Part shown: piece after piece, positions 26,501 to 39,071 of the stretch
Position numbering within the stretch: position 1 is the first letter of the stretch
How the letters are laid out: each line of letters begins with the position of its first letter
Source: Tubiluchus corallicola
Taxonomy: Eukaryota > Animalia > Priapulida
Direction of reading: 5' to 3'
Assembly (NCBI GenBank): GCA_030141605.1
Contig: JAQGDQ010000189.1
Location: forward strand, 186,001-250,000
Length of the DNA stretch: 64,000 bases
The notes under the pieces: generated by a model
Seen by the model: the letters and a program-made list of their open reading frames with translations, nothing else
Databases searched by the model: none
Told to the model about the DNA's origin: nothing
Program-made: the position numbers and the translations under genes

Positions 26501-28812
26501 TAATTCCAAACTGCTTTTACCGGGTGGAAGTGAACAGCTTTAAACTTTCAGCAGACATGTTTACAGCAATAGTGCCTGTTTTTTACGCTATTTGCTTCAG
26601 CATGAAGATTGCTGGTATTGCTTGTGTTACAAGCATGGCAGCAGAAAAACTACTAAACGGAAGTGGTGCTACCAAACCGCTGGCGTAGCATTGTCTATTT
26701 TTATTGTCGTTTATTGGCGTAGCATTGTCGTTTCTTTTATTTTAGAATTCTGCCTGCCCAATGTCTACAATAGACGTGACGGGCGTATGATGATGATATG
26801 ATGATGACATAAAAACTACCATTCTTGTTACGGAAGTGGTGCTGACAAGCCACTGGCGTAGCAGTGTCTAGTTTTTTGCTGGATTACTGATGCGTTTACT
26901 GATATGACATAAAAACTAAGCAATATATTCATAAATTGCTGAAAATTTTTATAAATATCTTTCACATTCTTTAAAAAACTAAGGCTGTTCGGGTAATTAA
27001 ACTGTTGCGTATATTTTTTCTCTTACCTGCTCTAATTTTTTCCATATCGGTGTTTCACAGTCGGTAGTTTTACACATACAAAAACAGAAATTCAAACATT
27101 GCAAAGTCCGGCGAAAATTTCTGCTGGATCGGATCACAGGATCCATTATAATTTGCAGATATCCGGATCCGTTGCGTCCGTTAAAAAGCTTCGCAACTTT
27201 TGAAACCTTCTTACTCTGTTTGTATAATAACGAGTGTTTTTAACGCAGATGATACCAAGGAGAAGGAAGAGGAAGCTTCCGGCGTGAGCAAAAAAGAGGT
27301 TGACGAAGAAAAGAAAGAGGAGGAAAAAACTGAAAAAGAAGCGGCAGAGAAGACGAATGAAGTAGCCAAAGTAGTAGAGGAGGCTGAGGAAAAAGAAGAT
27401 GACGGCAACGAGGAAGGTGAAGATGAAGAAGCTGAAGATGAAGAGGAGGAGACAGCGGAAGGAGAGGGTGATGCCGCTGCCGATAGTAGTCAAAGCGAGG
27501 GAGAGGTGAACGAATTATTATGTTGTTTATGATGTACAATCAAACCACTTCTGGGTACCCGCCATCCGCCAGGCAAATTAATATACATACTTGTTCAATG
27601 GGGGAATACCTAGTGCTACTGACCTAGATATTATGCCAGCTGTACGAACCTGCTATATGCTCTGTTGAGTCACAGACGCTGACCAGACGTCACGTGTTGT
27701 ATAAAATAATGCATGTTTTCATGCTGTATGGTACATGTACATCGTACAGTCATCATAGGACGATATTGATAACTCTGACATTGTTATCAATGCTACGTTC
27801 AGTCACAGACACTGACCAGACGTCACGTGTTGTATAAAATAATGCATGTTTTCATGCTTTGATTGTTTTCAAGCTGTATGGTACATGTATGGTCATCATA
27901 GTGTGATAGTGACTCAGACATTGTTATCAATGCGCTATGCAGTCATAATTGCACTGAGACAAGACTTGGTATTTTTTTAGCCACGAGAAATTTCATATTT
28001 GCTTGTTTTCTAAGAATCATTCAAGCAAATCCCAGCAAGAAATTTGTAGTTACGACTTGACCTTTTTTTACATGTACATGATTAGTGGAGTGGTAGGCCT
28101 ACAGCTTACTGCGTGCATATATAGGTGGCAGGTTTTTTATCTAAACAAAATGATTGGATCAAAGATAATTGGTTTTTAGTGAGTAATTAATTCACAAATA
28201 ATTAATTTCATAAATTTCTTTTAATTCATTAACCGCTACAGTGAAAATTGAGAGCTCTAAACAGTTTACGCAATGTTCCCTCGCTACTTCGCGGTTCGTT
28301 TATTGCTGACTCGCTGTTTCGCGAGTTTTCAAAATTATTAATGTGAAATTTTTCGCGGTATTTTCGCTGTTTAGTGGGTTTTTGTGGTACTCCATCTATT
28401 TTTGCACATGCGTAGTTCGTATTGTACAGTAATGTATAAATTTGATAAATTTTGCATAAAAAAATCACAAAATGTATCAAAATATATTAAAAATATTAAT
28501 TCTAACATTAAAAGAATATTATAAATCGTAACAAATTACTATTTACAATAAATAGTGTATTTATTCGGCGTATGAATACACACCAAAAACAAAATGTAGT
28601 ACCTGCGCCCGCTTGAAATGCTACTTGCCGATGTGAGATTGTACACAACACACGATTGGTTGATTGTTGGAAAGCTTTTTAAAAGGTGCATGCACAGTAT
28701 GGGAAAAGTTATTTAGGGAATGGGAAATGGTTATGTATGAGAGTGCGGGGAGGGTTTATAAAAACCTAAAATAATGTATACCTACTAAAATAAGTATAGC
28801 GTCCCTACTTCG

Positions 28813-28846
<34 letters not shown>

Positions 28847-31800
28847 AACACTCGTTAAACCGGACTAATTGGGGGAGGGGGGTACGGTTTAGCTGATTGT
28901 CCGATTTATCCGATATGCCTATACATGGTCTATATTATACAGGAATAATCACCTTAATAAGGCCTATATACATTGCACTATATACTATACTGTATATTAC
29001 TTTAAAATAGTTAACCTGTGAGGATAAAGAAATTAGCGAGTGCTTTCGATGGGGTAAGCAAACTGAATTTTGGCGGGAATCGTAGCAGCCTGAGCGGCAC
29101 CGCGAGCCGCTTCGACCTGTCAATGGCTCGTGGTGAGTTGGTAGGCCGTGTTGTGTTTAGCGCTCCGGCTCGGTCGGAAATCGGTCAGTTTCCTTTACCA
29201 CAGATGACGTCCGTCTTATCCGATATCCGGGCTAACGGGGTCCGGTTTAACGAGGGTCGACTGTATATATCAAAACTGTGGTTCATTGTTTGGCTAAGTG
29301 CTAGAAATAATATTATACTAGCAAAGGCCCCGCAAAAGATTTTGCGTATAAATACACGTGTAATGAATAATACGCGAACATCCTACCTAGTCCTCATTTA
29401 TAACACTAAGCCCGTAACATCCTGCCTACTTACCTAACGCAAAGCCAGCAGCGTTTACTCCTGCCTACTGTATGTTGCAAAGCAGCTTTTTGCTGAATTA
29501 AAGTTATAGAGACAATGGATGACGTCAGCACAATGGAATGCGGTCAACACGGTTTTCTAAGCGAAAAATGTCGAAATTTGCGGAAAATAAAACACGTAAT
29601 TAACTCGTTGATACTCCTCTCGGTGGACCTGCCCTAACATATAACCCACATCATCGTGTAGCCCTGTCCTTCCTCTTTGTAAAGAGCTATAAATCTCCTC
29701 CCGAGAGTCCCACCGGGCGACGCTAGAACGTTTTTTCTGCAGGCTGTTTGGCCAAAATTTCGAAAAAATCGCGAGTTGGGTCCGGGAAAACGGCCGTTGC
29801 GGGACCCCGTGGCCCTCTCGCGAATTCTAAATCTGCCTACTACACCCACCGCTGAACGGGCTATCTATCCATACCCAGCACCCCCCTCGGCCCGTTCTCT
29901 ACATCTCAGCCGTATAACTTTTGCAAAAAACGGCCGAAAAAGGGCCATTTTTGGGGGGTTTTCGCCTCCCCCTCCTCCCGGTGGGCCCGATTCGAAAAAT
30001 AAACCATCAATGGCACGACACTAGATCGAGACCTTTCGTTTGATATATAGATCGCCGCAAATGGTGCCCTCGTCCGGGCTGTAGCCTCGAAAATTATATA
30101 TATATAAATTAAGCCCATACCAAGAATATTAATATAAGAGTAAGTATAGATTGCTTATGTAGGGCGCCGCTTCTTTCTTTTGACACCGAGTTGCTTGTTT
30201 ATATGCACTCAGCTTATCATTGTTATCTGCTGACAAGTAGAAAATTGCGCAGATTTTTAACAATTCCGACTCCTTTAGCAATAAATTCACAGGCGACTGC
30301 GATTCCACGGCTTGGAAGTTTCTATAATTACAGTTGTGTCCTTCTAGCGATGAAAAATATCTGAGTTTTCAATTTACCTTGCATAAATTTCGTTTTAAAT
30401 GAATAAAAAAATCTTTGTTTTATTTAGAATCCTGACGATGTTCCCCATCTGCAGTTGTCGTGGGAAATGTTGGAGTTGGCACGAACCATATTCTGTAGGA
30501 AGGAGGACGAGGAATCGAAGTTAAAGGTGGCTCAGGTGTTCCACAAGCTGGGTGAACTTGGCATGGAGCAAGGTTTGTACCGGGGTTTTACGATAATTTG
30601 CACAAATGCACATTTTAAAGTTGAGACGGGTAACCATTTTAGCCTTGTGTAAGAATTCTATATTCTTGACCTTTAATGAATCCAGCATTCATTAGACTTA
30701 CGCAGCAGTGATATAAATGCAGCACATTGGCATTATAGGACCTTTACAAGGTTGAGACGGTTAAACATTTAACTGACTGCTAATTGGTGTAATCGTTTAG
30801 AAAATCACTAATAGTTTAATCGTTGCTTAGCCAAGTTTTCATTAACCTTGCGTGCATTAAGACGTACAAGGTTGAGTGAAATTCTATGATTATGTAGCGG
30901 GGTTAATGTTGTGCAATTTCTTCCTATTAGTTCCTTATGTGTATTTGATATTTTAATAAATGTATGACGTCATCGGGAACAGTTAAACTTTTAAACTTTT
31001 AACCGACCGCAATTAATAACGTTTAAACACTTAATTAAAAAGCTTAATCGTCTCAGCTCTAACACGTTTACGAATTTCTGTCGATCCCCCAAGAGTTCAT
31101 CAATGACGTCAAATACTAAAGCACTCAGAAGACAACCGCGTTTTTCTTTAAAGTACTCACAAAAATTTGTTTTGTTATATAAATAGTAGCATCAGAAAAT
31201 ATTGCAAAATAAGAATTTCGTTTCTGTACTGTGTGGAACGCTGTTGGAACTGCAGCGCCCCCTATTTTCACTCGATGTTGTCTTTTTTCTTTAGTTCTTT
31301 CTCTATACTTATACATTATATAATCCTTAAGCTTAATGTCGGTAGCCATTTTCTACTTTGTGAAAAAACTACAAAAATCATTGTGTGAAACTGCACACTT
31401 CACAGTTCCAGCGATGCGGTGTTTGGCTGTCGTGTTCATGTGGCCATACGCACATGTCTGAGATAAGAAGCTGCACGCTAGGTTGTTGTCAGGGTTCCCA
31501 AGATCAGGGAAAATCCTTGAAAATACGGGCTATCCTGGAAAAGTCAGGGAAAAAGATGATTTGCTAAAAAGTCGGGGAAAATGATGAAAATAGGGCGAAA
31601 AGTCTGGGAAATTGGAAAGGGTTGCAAAATTAATCACCGTAAACCGATATTTTTCCAAACATATTTTTCAGCGATTCGTGTTCAAACAAAATTTTGTTCT
31701 TTCAGGCTCCCAGTTTTGATTTCTGTTCCAAAAATAATAATTGGATTAAGAAAGTTTATTTAATGTCATTAGTGTAATCTTTATAACACTACTGTAACTG

Positions 31801-34800
31801 TGCCGACACATTATGTATCAGTATATGTATGAATGTTTGAGCATGTATACTAGTAATGCAATTTCTGCTTATCTTGGTCATGGAAAATCAACATTTGGTC
31901 CGGGAAATTTATTTTAAAATTCTGTGGGAATCCTGTGTTATGCGAAAGGAAGGTCGTCTTTCTTTTTAACTAAATTTTCTTTTTATGTTTCTTTCGTTTT
32001 ACAAAATATTAAAACAATGGCTAAACGTCTTTTGAAGCATCACCCCCACTAATTTTAACTAAGAGCCACCATTGTTTCTGAGGCAATGTTGACTGTGCTG
32101 TGACAGTTTAGGTCGTAAACTGTTTGGTTTTCTTTGCAGAAACGTACGAACAAAGTATTAACGACTTCAACGAATGTTTGAAACTCCAGCAAGAGCATTT
32201 GGACGAAGATGATAGACTTATTGCGGAAACGTATTCTTTTACAGTAGAGTATTTCAATAATAACTGGTCAGCCAATGCCTTGTTCTTCCTGGAGTAAATG
32301 CAGACAGTTCTCTTGGGCTGTAGCAAGCAGGCGATCAATAAAATAGTGTGTACGTTCATGCAAGTGTACACCAGACTAAGCTACTCAATGGGCTAAGTTG
32401 CAATGTCGGGAAAGGGTGTGGCTGAAGTTAGTGTAGACTGTTGTAGACTGGTTCACTCTGGTGGTTGAGACAAAGAATATGAAATTGTGTTGAACTGTGG
32501 AGACTGAAGTTAGTGTAGACTGTACAAACTTTCTCTGTACCAAAGTGTCCTTGTACTAAACTTTCTCTGTACCAAACTTTCCTAGTACCAAACTTTCTCT
32601 CTACCAAACTTTCCTTGTAACAAATTTTCTCTGTACCTAACGTTCCTTGTACCAAACTAACTTTATCTGTACCTAACTTTTCTTGTACCAAAGTGTTTCT
32701 CTGTACCAAACATTCCTTGTACCACAGTGTTTCTCTGAACCGAACTTTCCTTGTAGCAAACTTTCTCTGTACCGAACTTTTCTTGTACCAAACTTTCTCT
32801 GTACTTAACCTTTCTTGTACCAAACTTTCTCTGTACCAAACTTGCCTTGTACCAAACTTTCTCAGAACGAGACTTTCCTAGTACCAAACTTTCTCTGTAT
32901 CAAACTTCTTGTACCAAACTTTCTCTGTACCATTCTTTGAAATCATCTCACAATACAAGTAAATATTCTGCCACCTCTTTAAGAAACTCCATGAAAATCC
33001 CCATATTAGAAGCCCACAGAGATTATCAAACTCTCCTGTTTCTCTATAAATATATCAACAATATTAATTCTCCTTTCAAAAACAATAAGCTCCCACTTCT
33101 TAAAAACCCCAGTATGAATAACAGAACACTAAATTTAAGAAACATTAGAACGAACAACCAATATGGAAAGAATTCCATTACTAAGCAAGCAATACAACTT
33201 TGGAATTCATTACCGACATCACTAAAACACAGCAGCTCTTTATCAATATTCAAGTCTAAATTAAAAAAAACATTTAATGACTCGTTTTGAATATCCGACA
33301 TACGAACACGATGATACTTACTCAAATCATAATTTTATTTTTCCTAGACCTTACTAAACTAGTTTATATTTTATTTTTTGAATTTCTAGATGCACTTATA
33401 GTTTAGCTTGCACCAGATGCATTTGCCCAGAACAGTGTATGTTTTTTATATGAACTAACACTGATTGTCTGTCTTTTAATATGATGGTCAATGTTTTAAA
33501 ATGGCAAATAAAGATTTTACTACTACTACTGTACCAAACTTTCCTAGTCCCAAACTTTCTCTGTACCTAACTTTTCTTGTATCAAACTTTCTCTGTACCA
33601 AACTTTCTCTGTACCTAACTGTCCTTGTATCAAACTTTTTCTGTACCTAACTTACCTAGTACTGAACTTTCTTTTTACCAAACTTGTTCTGTACAATTTT
33701 TACCTTGTACTATATTTACTTGTACCAAAAGTATTTGTCAAAGCTTCACTAACATTGTAATTACCAGTTCCATTACTCTGTTACCAAATTTTCCCAGTAC
33801 GACAATTTTTCTATATCAAAAATTCCTAATAGCAAATTTTCCAGGTTAAAAATTTCCTCTTACCAAACTTTTTCTTAGTTTTTTATTATAAATGTCGCAA
33901 CCTATGGACTGGGTATATTTTTCTTGTACATATACAATTATTGCTAGCTCCATAATAATTGCATTTTCATTTTGAGTACAACTACATTATCAAGCCTTAA
34001 AAATATGTAATGGCCACCAATAAATAAAAAAATATAAACAAAATGAACCTAAAAGACTGTATCAACAGTCCATGTTTAGAATTAAATATACAGCAACAAT
34101 TTCTCCAAGACGCCATGCTTCCTTATTTACATCTGATAACAGTGCTTAGGCAAACTGCGTCTTATTTACCAGGATAAGTTTTCTGTTTGTTTGCATCACT
34201 TTGCTGTGATTAAGGTACAAAGGTCAGTCCTAATGTCAAGATAAACAATATGCACAAATTTTACTATCACAGCTTGTGGAATTATTTGCTAGAACATCAT
34301 ACTATCTCGTACAAGTTTTCGTGCTTGAAAATAAAATAGAGCATAAGACCATTTTGTATGCTGTTTGTATGATATTTTTGATACACAATATATATTAGCT
34401 ACTTCGGTTTTTCTGCTACCTGACTAAAATATTACAGTGCGAAGTGCTTTTGATTGTTGATATGGAAAAAATCGAGGAACTTATTTACAGTGTGTCAGAC
34501 GCCAATCAAAAATTGGAACTCGAGACGTTACTAACTGGTTACCAATTTGCTCATCTTGGTGCAGACAGAACACAACGGCTCAACAACCTGCTACATGCTG
34601 CAACGTACTTTAACATGCCTGAGCATGTTGATGAACTTCTCAACAGAGGAGCAGAAATAGAAAGTCTATCACCAATCACTAAAAAACGTTCAGAGGGAGG
34701 AACCCCCCTTGGAGTTGCATGTTGTTTGGGACATACCTCTCTTGTTGAGCAACTGATTAAACGGGGTGCTGACATAAACTGTCTTTCTAGAAGCAATGGA

Positions 34801-37800
34801 TGGTCGCCTTTAACAATAGCAGCTTCACAGGGACATACAGAAATTTGTGAAATGTTGTTGTTTCATGGAGCAGAAGTTGATGGCTTCCCAGAAAAGTATA
34901 AAATACGACCTATACAGCATGCATCACAGGAAGGCCACACTGAAATAGTGAAGCTGTTAATTAAATATGGCGCCAAAATTGATGAAGATCCTTACATTTC
35001 AGTTGATGGTCATCCGCCCCTCCATGCTGCAGCATTTCAAGGACAGTTTGGAACCCTTTTTCTGCTTCTTAAAGGTGCAAATGTCTTCTATGCAGATATA
35101 AACGGTAATATCGCTCTGCATTTGGCAGCAAGGCAAGGAAATGTTCATTGTGCAGCACTTCTGATTTTTGCGGGCTCTGACATTCTGGCAGAAAATAATG
35201 ATGGTGAGACCCCACTTTCCATAGCATGTATGAAAGGTAGACTGGATGTTCTTGAACTAACATATAAAAATATACTAGAGAGGTATTCGCACAAAGTAGT
35301 AAGGCAGATAGTAAATGAACGTTACACTGGAGGAAGTTTAATTCATCTGGCTTGTCAAACTGCTCACTTGTCAGCTCAAAGTGTAGATGTTGTTAAATAC
35401 CTCACTGATGTAGGTGTTCACACCGAAACGTTAAATGAATCTCATGAAACGGCTTATGACATGTGCATCCGACGAGCTTACGAAAAGGCATTGAACCAAA
35501 ATTACAAACAAATTGCAGGACTTTTTCTTTCTTATCGGTACTTTCAAATGTGGCAAGAAGTGTCTTCAGAGCTTTCTGTCACAAAGGATGATGAAACAGT
35601 GTCAAAAAACATTTGTGGAATGACTCCACAGGATTTGGTTTCCATGCCTGGACTAGGAACAATTTCAAATGTGGAAGAATTTGACTATATTAGAACCATT
35701 ATAAGGAAATTGTTAGGTGCTGTTAGCAGAATTCTTTACGAAACTCATCGCATAAGATTTGTGCCCATACTTGTTGGCAGTTCGGCTTGTGGAGTAAAGA
35801 TTGGCCAGCCAGATGAGTTTGATTTTTTTGTTGTGGTACAATATGATAAGCTGCACGGAGATTTCACAGCAGATTTACGAAAATTAAAGGAGACATTTTC
35901 CCAATCCCTGTGCAGAGCCGTGGCAACTGGTTTGCAAGAAGAGGAATTTAAAGAAAAAATTGTGCCAAACAGCTTTCCACATGTAGTGGAATGGAATAAA
36001 GTCTGTACATGTTTGAAATTATGTGTTCTGTTGCCAAACAAAAAAATAGCAATCTCTGTAGATGTGACACCATGTGCTGAAGAAGAGGGAGTACCAAAGA
36101 ATGCCAATGATAAATGGCCAGAGGATGTCAACAGTTATCACTACGTGCTCAAACCAGTTGAATCAAAAACAAAAGTTGAACCCGCATTTGCTGTTGCTGA
36201 ATGTGGATTTATAGAGAACTTAGACAACAACCATAAGATGGTGTTGATCCTCATAAAGGTGCTAGTAAAGCCTGTCCTGTATTCTTGCAACAAAGAAATA
36301 CATTTATATCCCAGTCATCTTGCTTCAACATTCCACTCCTGTTTGGTCAGTGCAGATGTCAACTTGCCAGAATTATACAGAGGAATAAAGTATCAACCAG
36401 ATAAGGTCATTGACTCATATATGATAAAAGTGGCCTTCTTGCATGAAGTGGTTACCACTATAGATGGCTGGGGCACAGAAAACTTGAAAGCTTGAGCTGT
36501 CTCTATATTCCAGTACATTGGACATTGTTGCCGAGAAGGCACAATGTTTCACCCACTTCTAAATGATGTCAATATCTTAGAAGATCTGAAACATAAAGAA
36601 ATGAGTGGCATTCCATTGTTAAAATTGGCAGAAGACGCAGCACGTGCTATAGAAAACAAATTAGCTGATGGCACCATACCATCAAATGAAGGTCTAATGG
36701 AACCAAAGTTTGAAAAGTACCATGCTATGCTAAAAACACATGCACTAAATCAGGCGGAAGTAATATGGGTCAAGGCGGCAATTGAGAGATTTGTATTTAA
36801 GATCCGTTTGGGATTGGATAGAACAAAGTGATAAGAAACATCAAAGTGCATCTTAGAAATGCATTAGTCATTTGGCTAAATCTAGTCATCAGAAATCCAA
36901 TGTTTTAATAAGTATTACACAAAATCCAAGCAAATATTTGTATTTGGGAACTCAATGTACATTATCACTTGTACGAAATCGACGTATGCAAAAAATTTCA
37001 ACTGTCCAGTCACAACACTCTGATATACTTTGGCCTCAAGTAGCAGAAAAGTCATAGGTCTTATAAGACGTATTTTCAGTGGCGCGGTCCTGAAAGAGTT
37101 AATCTAGGTTTCAAATGTAGCCTTGTTCACATGGGTTAATTGCCACTGATGGGTCTGGAAGTGCTTCCTTTTCAATTGTGGTGTTCATGGTCTCCATTTG
37201 AATGAATCCTTAGCCTCTTGACAGACATTATAATATCGGTTTAGCTTACAACTACGACAGAAAGTACGAAGACGCCGTCAAGTATTTTGAAAATGCCGTG
37301 AGGATCATCGAGGGAAAAATCTGTAAGTTTTTCTTTCTCGTAGCGAATCATGTTGCTTTGTGCTACAATTGTTAAATTTATGAATTCATTTTGTGCCATA
37401 ATTCTTGAATTATTAGTTCATGATTTATGAATTTGCACTGGTGACTTTAATGATATCACGATCAAAGTTGTTAAACACATTATTGTACATTGTTAGTCAA
37501 CATGTATGCTCACATCGCACATTGGTGGACAAAAACGGGGAGACGTCAGTCTGCGTTTTCCGGTCCGTATTTACTGACACTAAACTAATACACTAGGCGC
37601 TGTGTATTAGGGTCGTGGTAATGTAGAATCAATTGCCTAATCGTCTCAAAAACGTCTAGTACGCGCTTCTCCTACACTAGGCGCTACGTATCAGACTTGT
37701 GGTAATGTAGAATCAATCCCCTAATCGTCTCAAAAACGTCTAGTACGCGCTTCTCCTACACTAGGCGCTACGCATCAGACTTGTGGTAATGTAGAATCAA

Positions 37801-39033
37801 TCCCCTAATCGTCTCAAAAACGTCTAGTACGCGCTTCTCCTATGCAAAAGGATATAGAAACTATCAGCAATTGACTTAAATAACTTCACATAATTGACTC
37901 TAATTAAGCCAGTTAAACACGCTGACATACAAGCTACACACGTGTCGTTACACGCTGCTTGGTTACATTGATGCAATGATGTAAACAAAGTGACGTCACA
38001 CCAACTAGCAGTCAGCTCGCGAAACAGCAGACTGTGTCCGTAGTACGCGGGACTTTTTAACGGTCCATGTTTTGTTCGATTTTTCCGATATCCGTAAAAG
38101 CGACGTCCGGCAAACCGAGATATGAGTCTAATACAAAATAACACAGTTGTTTGTTTAGGGATTCTATTATTTTACTGCACTTTCTACTGTGGCTGGACTG
38201 GACACTTAATTTATAAACTTTTGTCCATTTGTAATTTATTGTTAATCATTAGGATGTAATCTTTCAAATTTGTCTTTTTTACTTCCAGCAAAACTTCGTG
38301 ATGCTTTAGAGAAAACAGATGAGACGGGTGAGTATAGAAAGTTGAAAGGTTTTGTCAAACATCCCCAGGCTTTAAAGGAAAAGACAAGTCATTTCTCATT
38401 TGTCAATTATAGAGCATAAACCTAAAATAAACTACCTCTGAATAGAAATTTTCAGGTGTGATGGTTGCCGTCATTCGCTTAAAAATTTTGATGTAACTGG
38501 GAGACTTCGTGAATTTCCGTAAGCGCATCGTGGCTTTCCGTAAGCGCACCGTGGCTTTCCGTAAGTGCGTGCTGCTTAAACTAATCCAAACTTCTGCAGC
38601 TTACCTAATGTTCATGCAAAAATATCACACAATTAGCAATCTGTTTTTTTTTAATCATCCCTTATTTTTCGTCAGCCAATGAATGAATGACGTCATTGGA
38701 AGAAGAATGGGTATTGAAAATAGAAGCACCCAAGCATGAAGTGATCCCGACTAGAAAGTGATTTTACTAATTACAGGAGGCGCTTGTCGCAGTTTCATTA
38801 CTAAATGTGTCAAACACTTTTGGAGAATATTGAAATCATCCTAATTTATCAGAAGGCCTGGCTTTTCTTTTAAGATCTTAGGCTCGTCGTCAATCCATTA
38901 TTCTGTGATCGATCGTATGACTACTTTCACTTAATATTCTAGTAGCTATGTCTGTTGTAATGACTTTGAGTGATCTTTTTTTAATGTGCTCTTAGTACAT
39001 GCAGATTAGAAAGTCATTAAAGGAAAACACCAC

Positions 39034-39071
<38 letters not shown>

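Larger units (their letters stand above)
32231..37224 (+). other. U12-type (minor spliceosome)-like GT-AG intron 8 of NASP
   Basis: Donor AC|GTATTCTTTT is one mismatch from GTATCCTTT and a poor U2 donor. Branch TCCTTAGC lies at 37207-37214, ~10-17 nt before ACAG, with almost no polypyrimidine tract. Confidence 0.75.

Noticed and set aside
27146-27539. Hydrophobic/Ser-rich ORFs on the - strand
   Set aside because: Antisense shadows of the acidic NASP exon 6.
29018-30118. ORFs of 70-139 aa in GC-richer intronic sequence
   Set aside because: They lie within MITE or dispersed repeats and show no transposase or other motif.
32428-32887. Repetitive ORFs ([10 protein letters not shown]...)
   Set aside because: Translations of a degenerate tandem repeat.
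36493-37100. Selenocysteine recoding of the cGLR UGA
   Set aside because: No AUGA/AA/GA SECIS core is apparent by eye in the 3' region, and the position fits Arg rather than Cys. It is not formally excluded.
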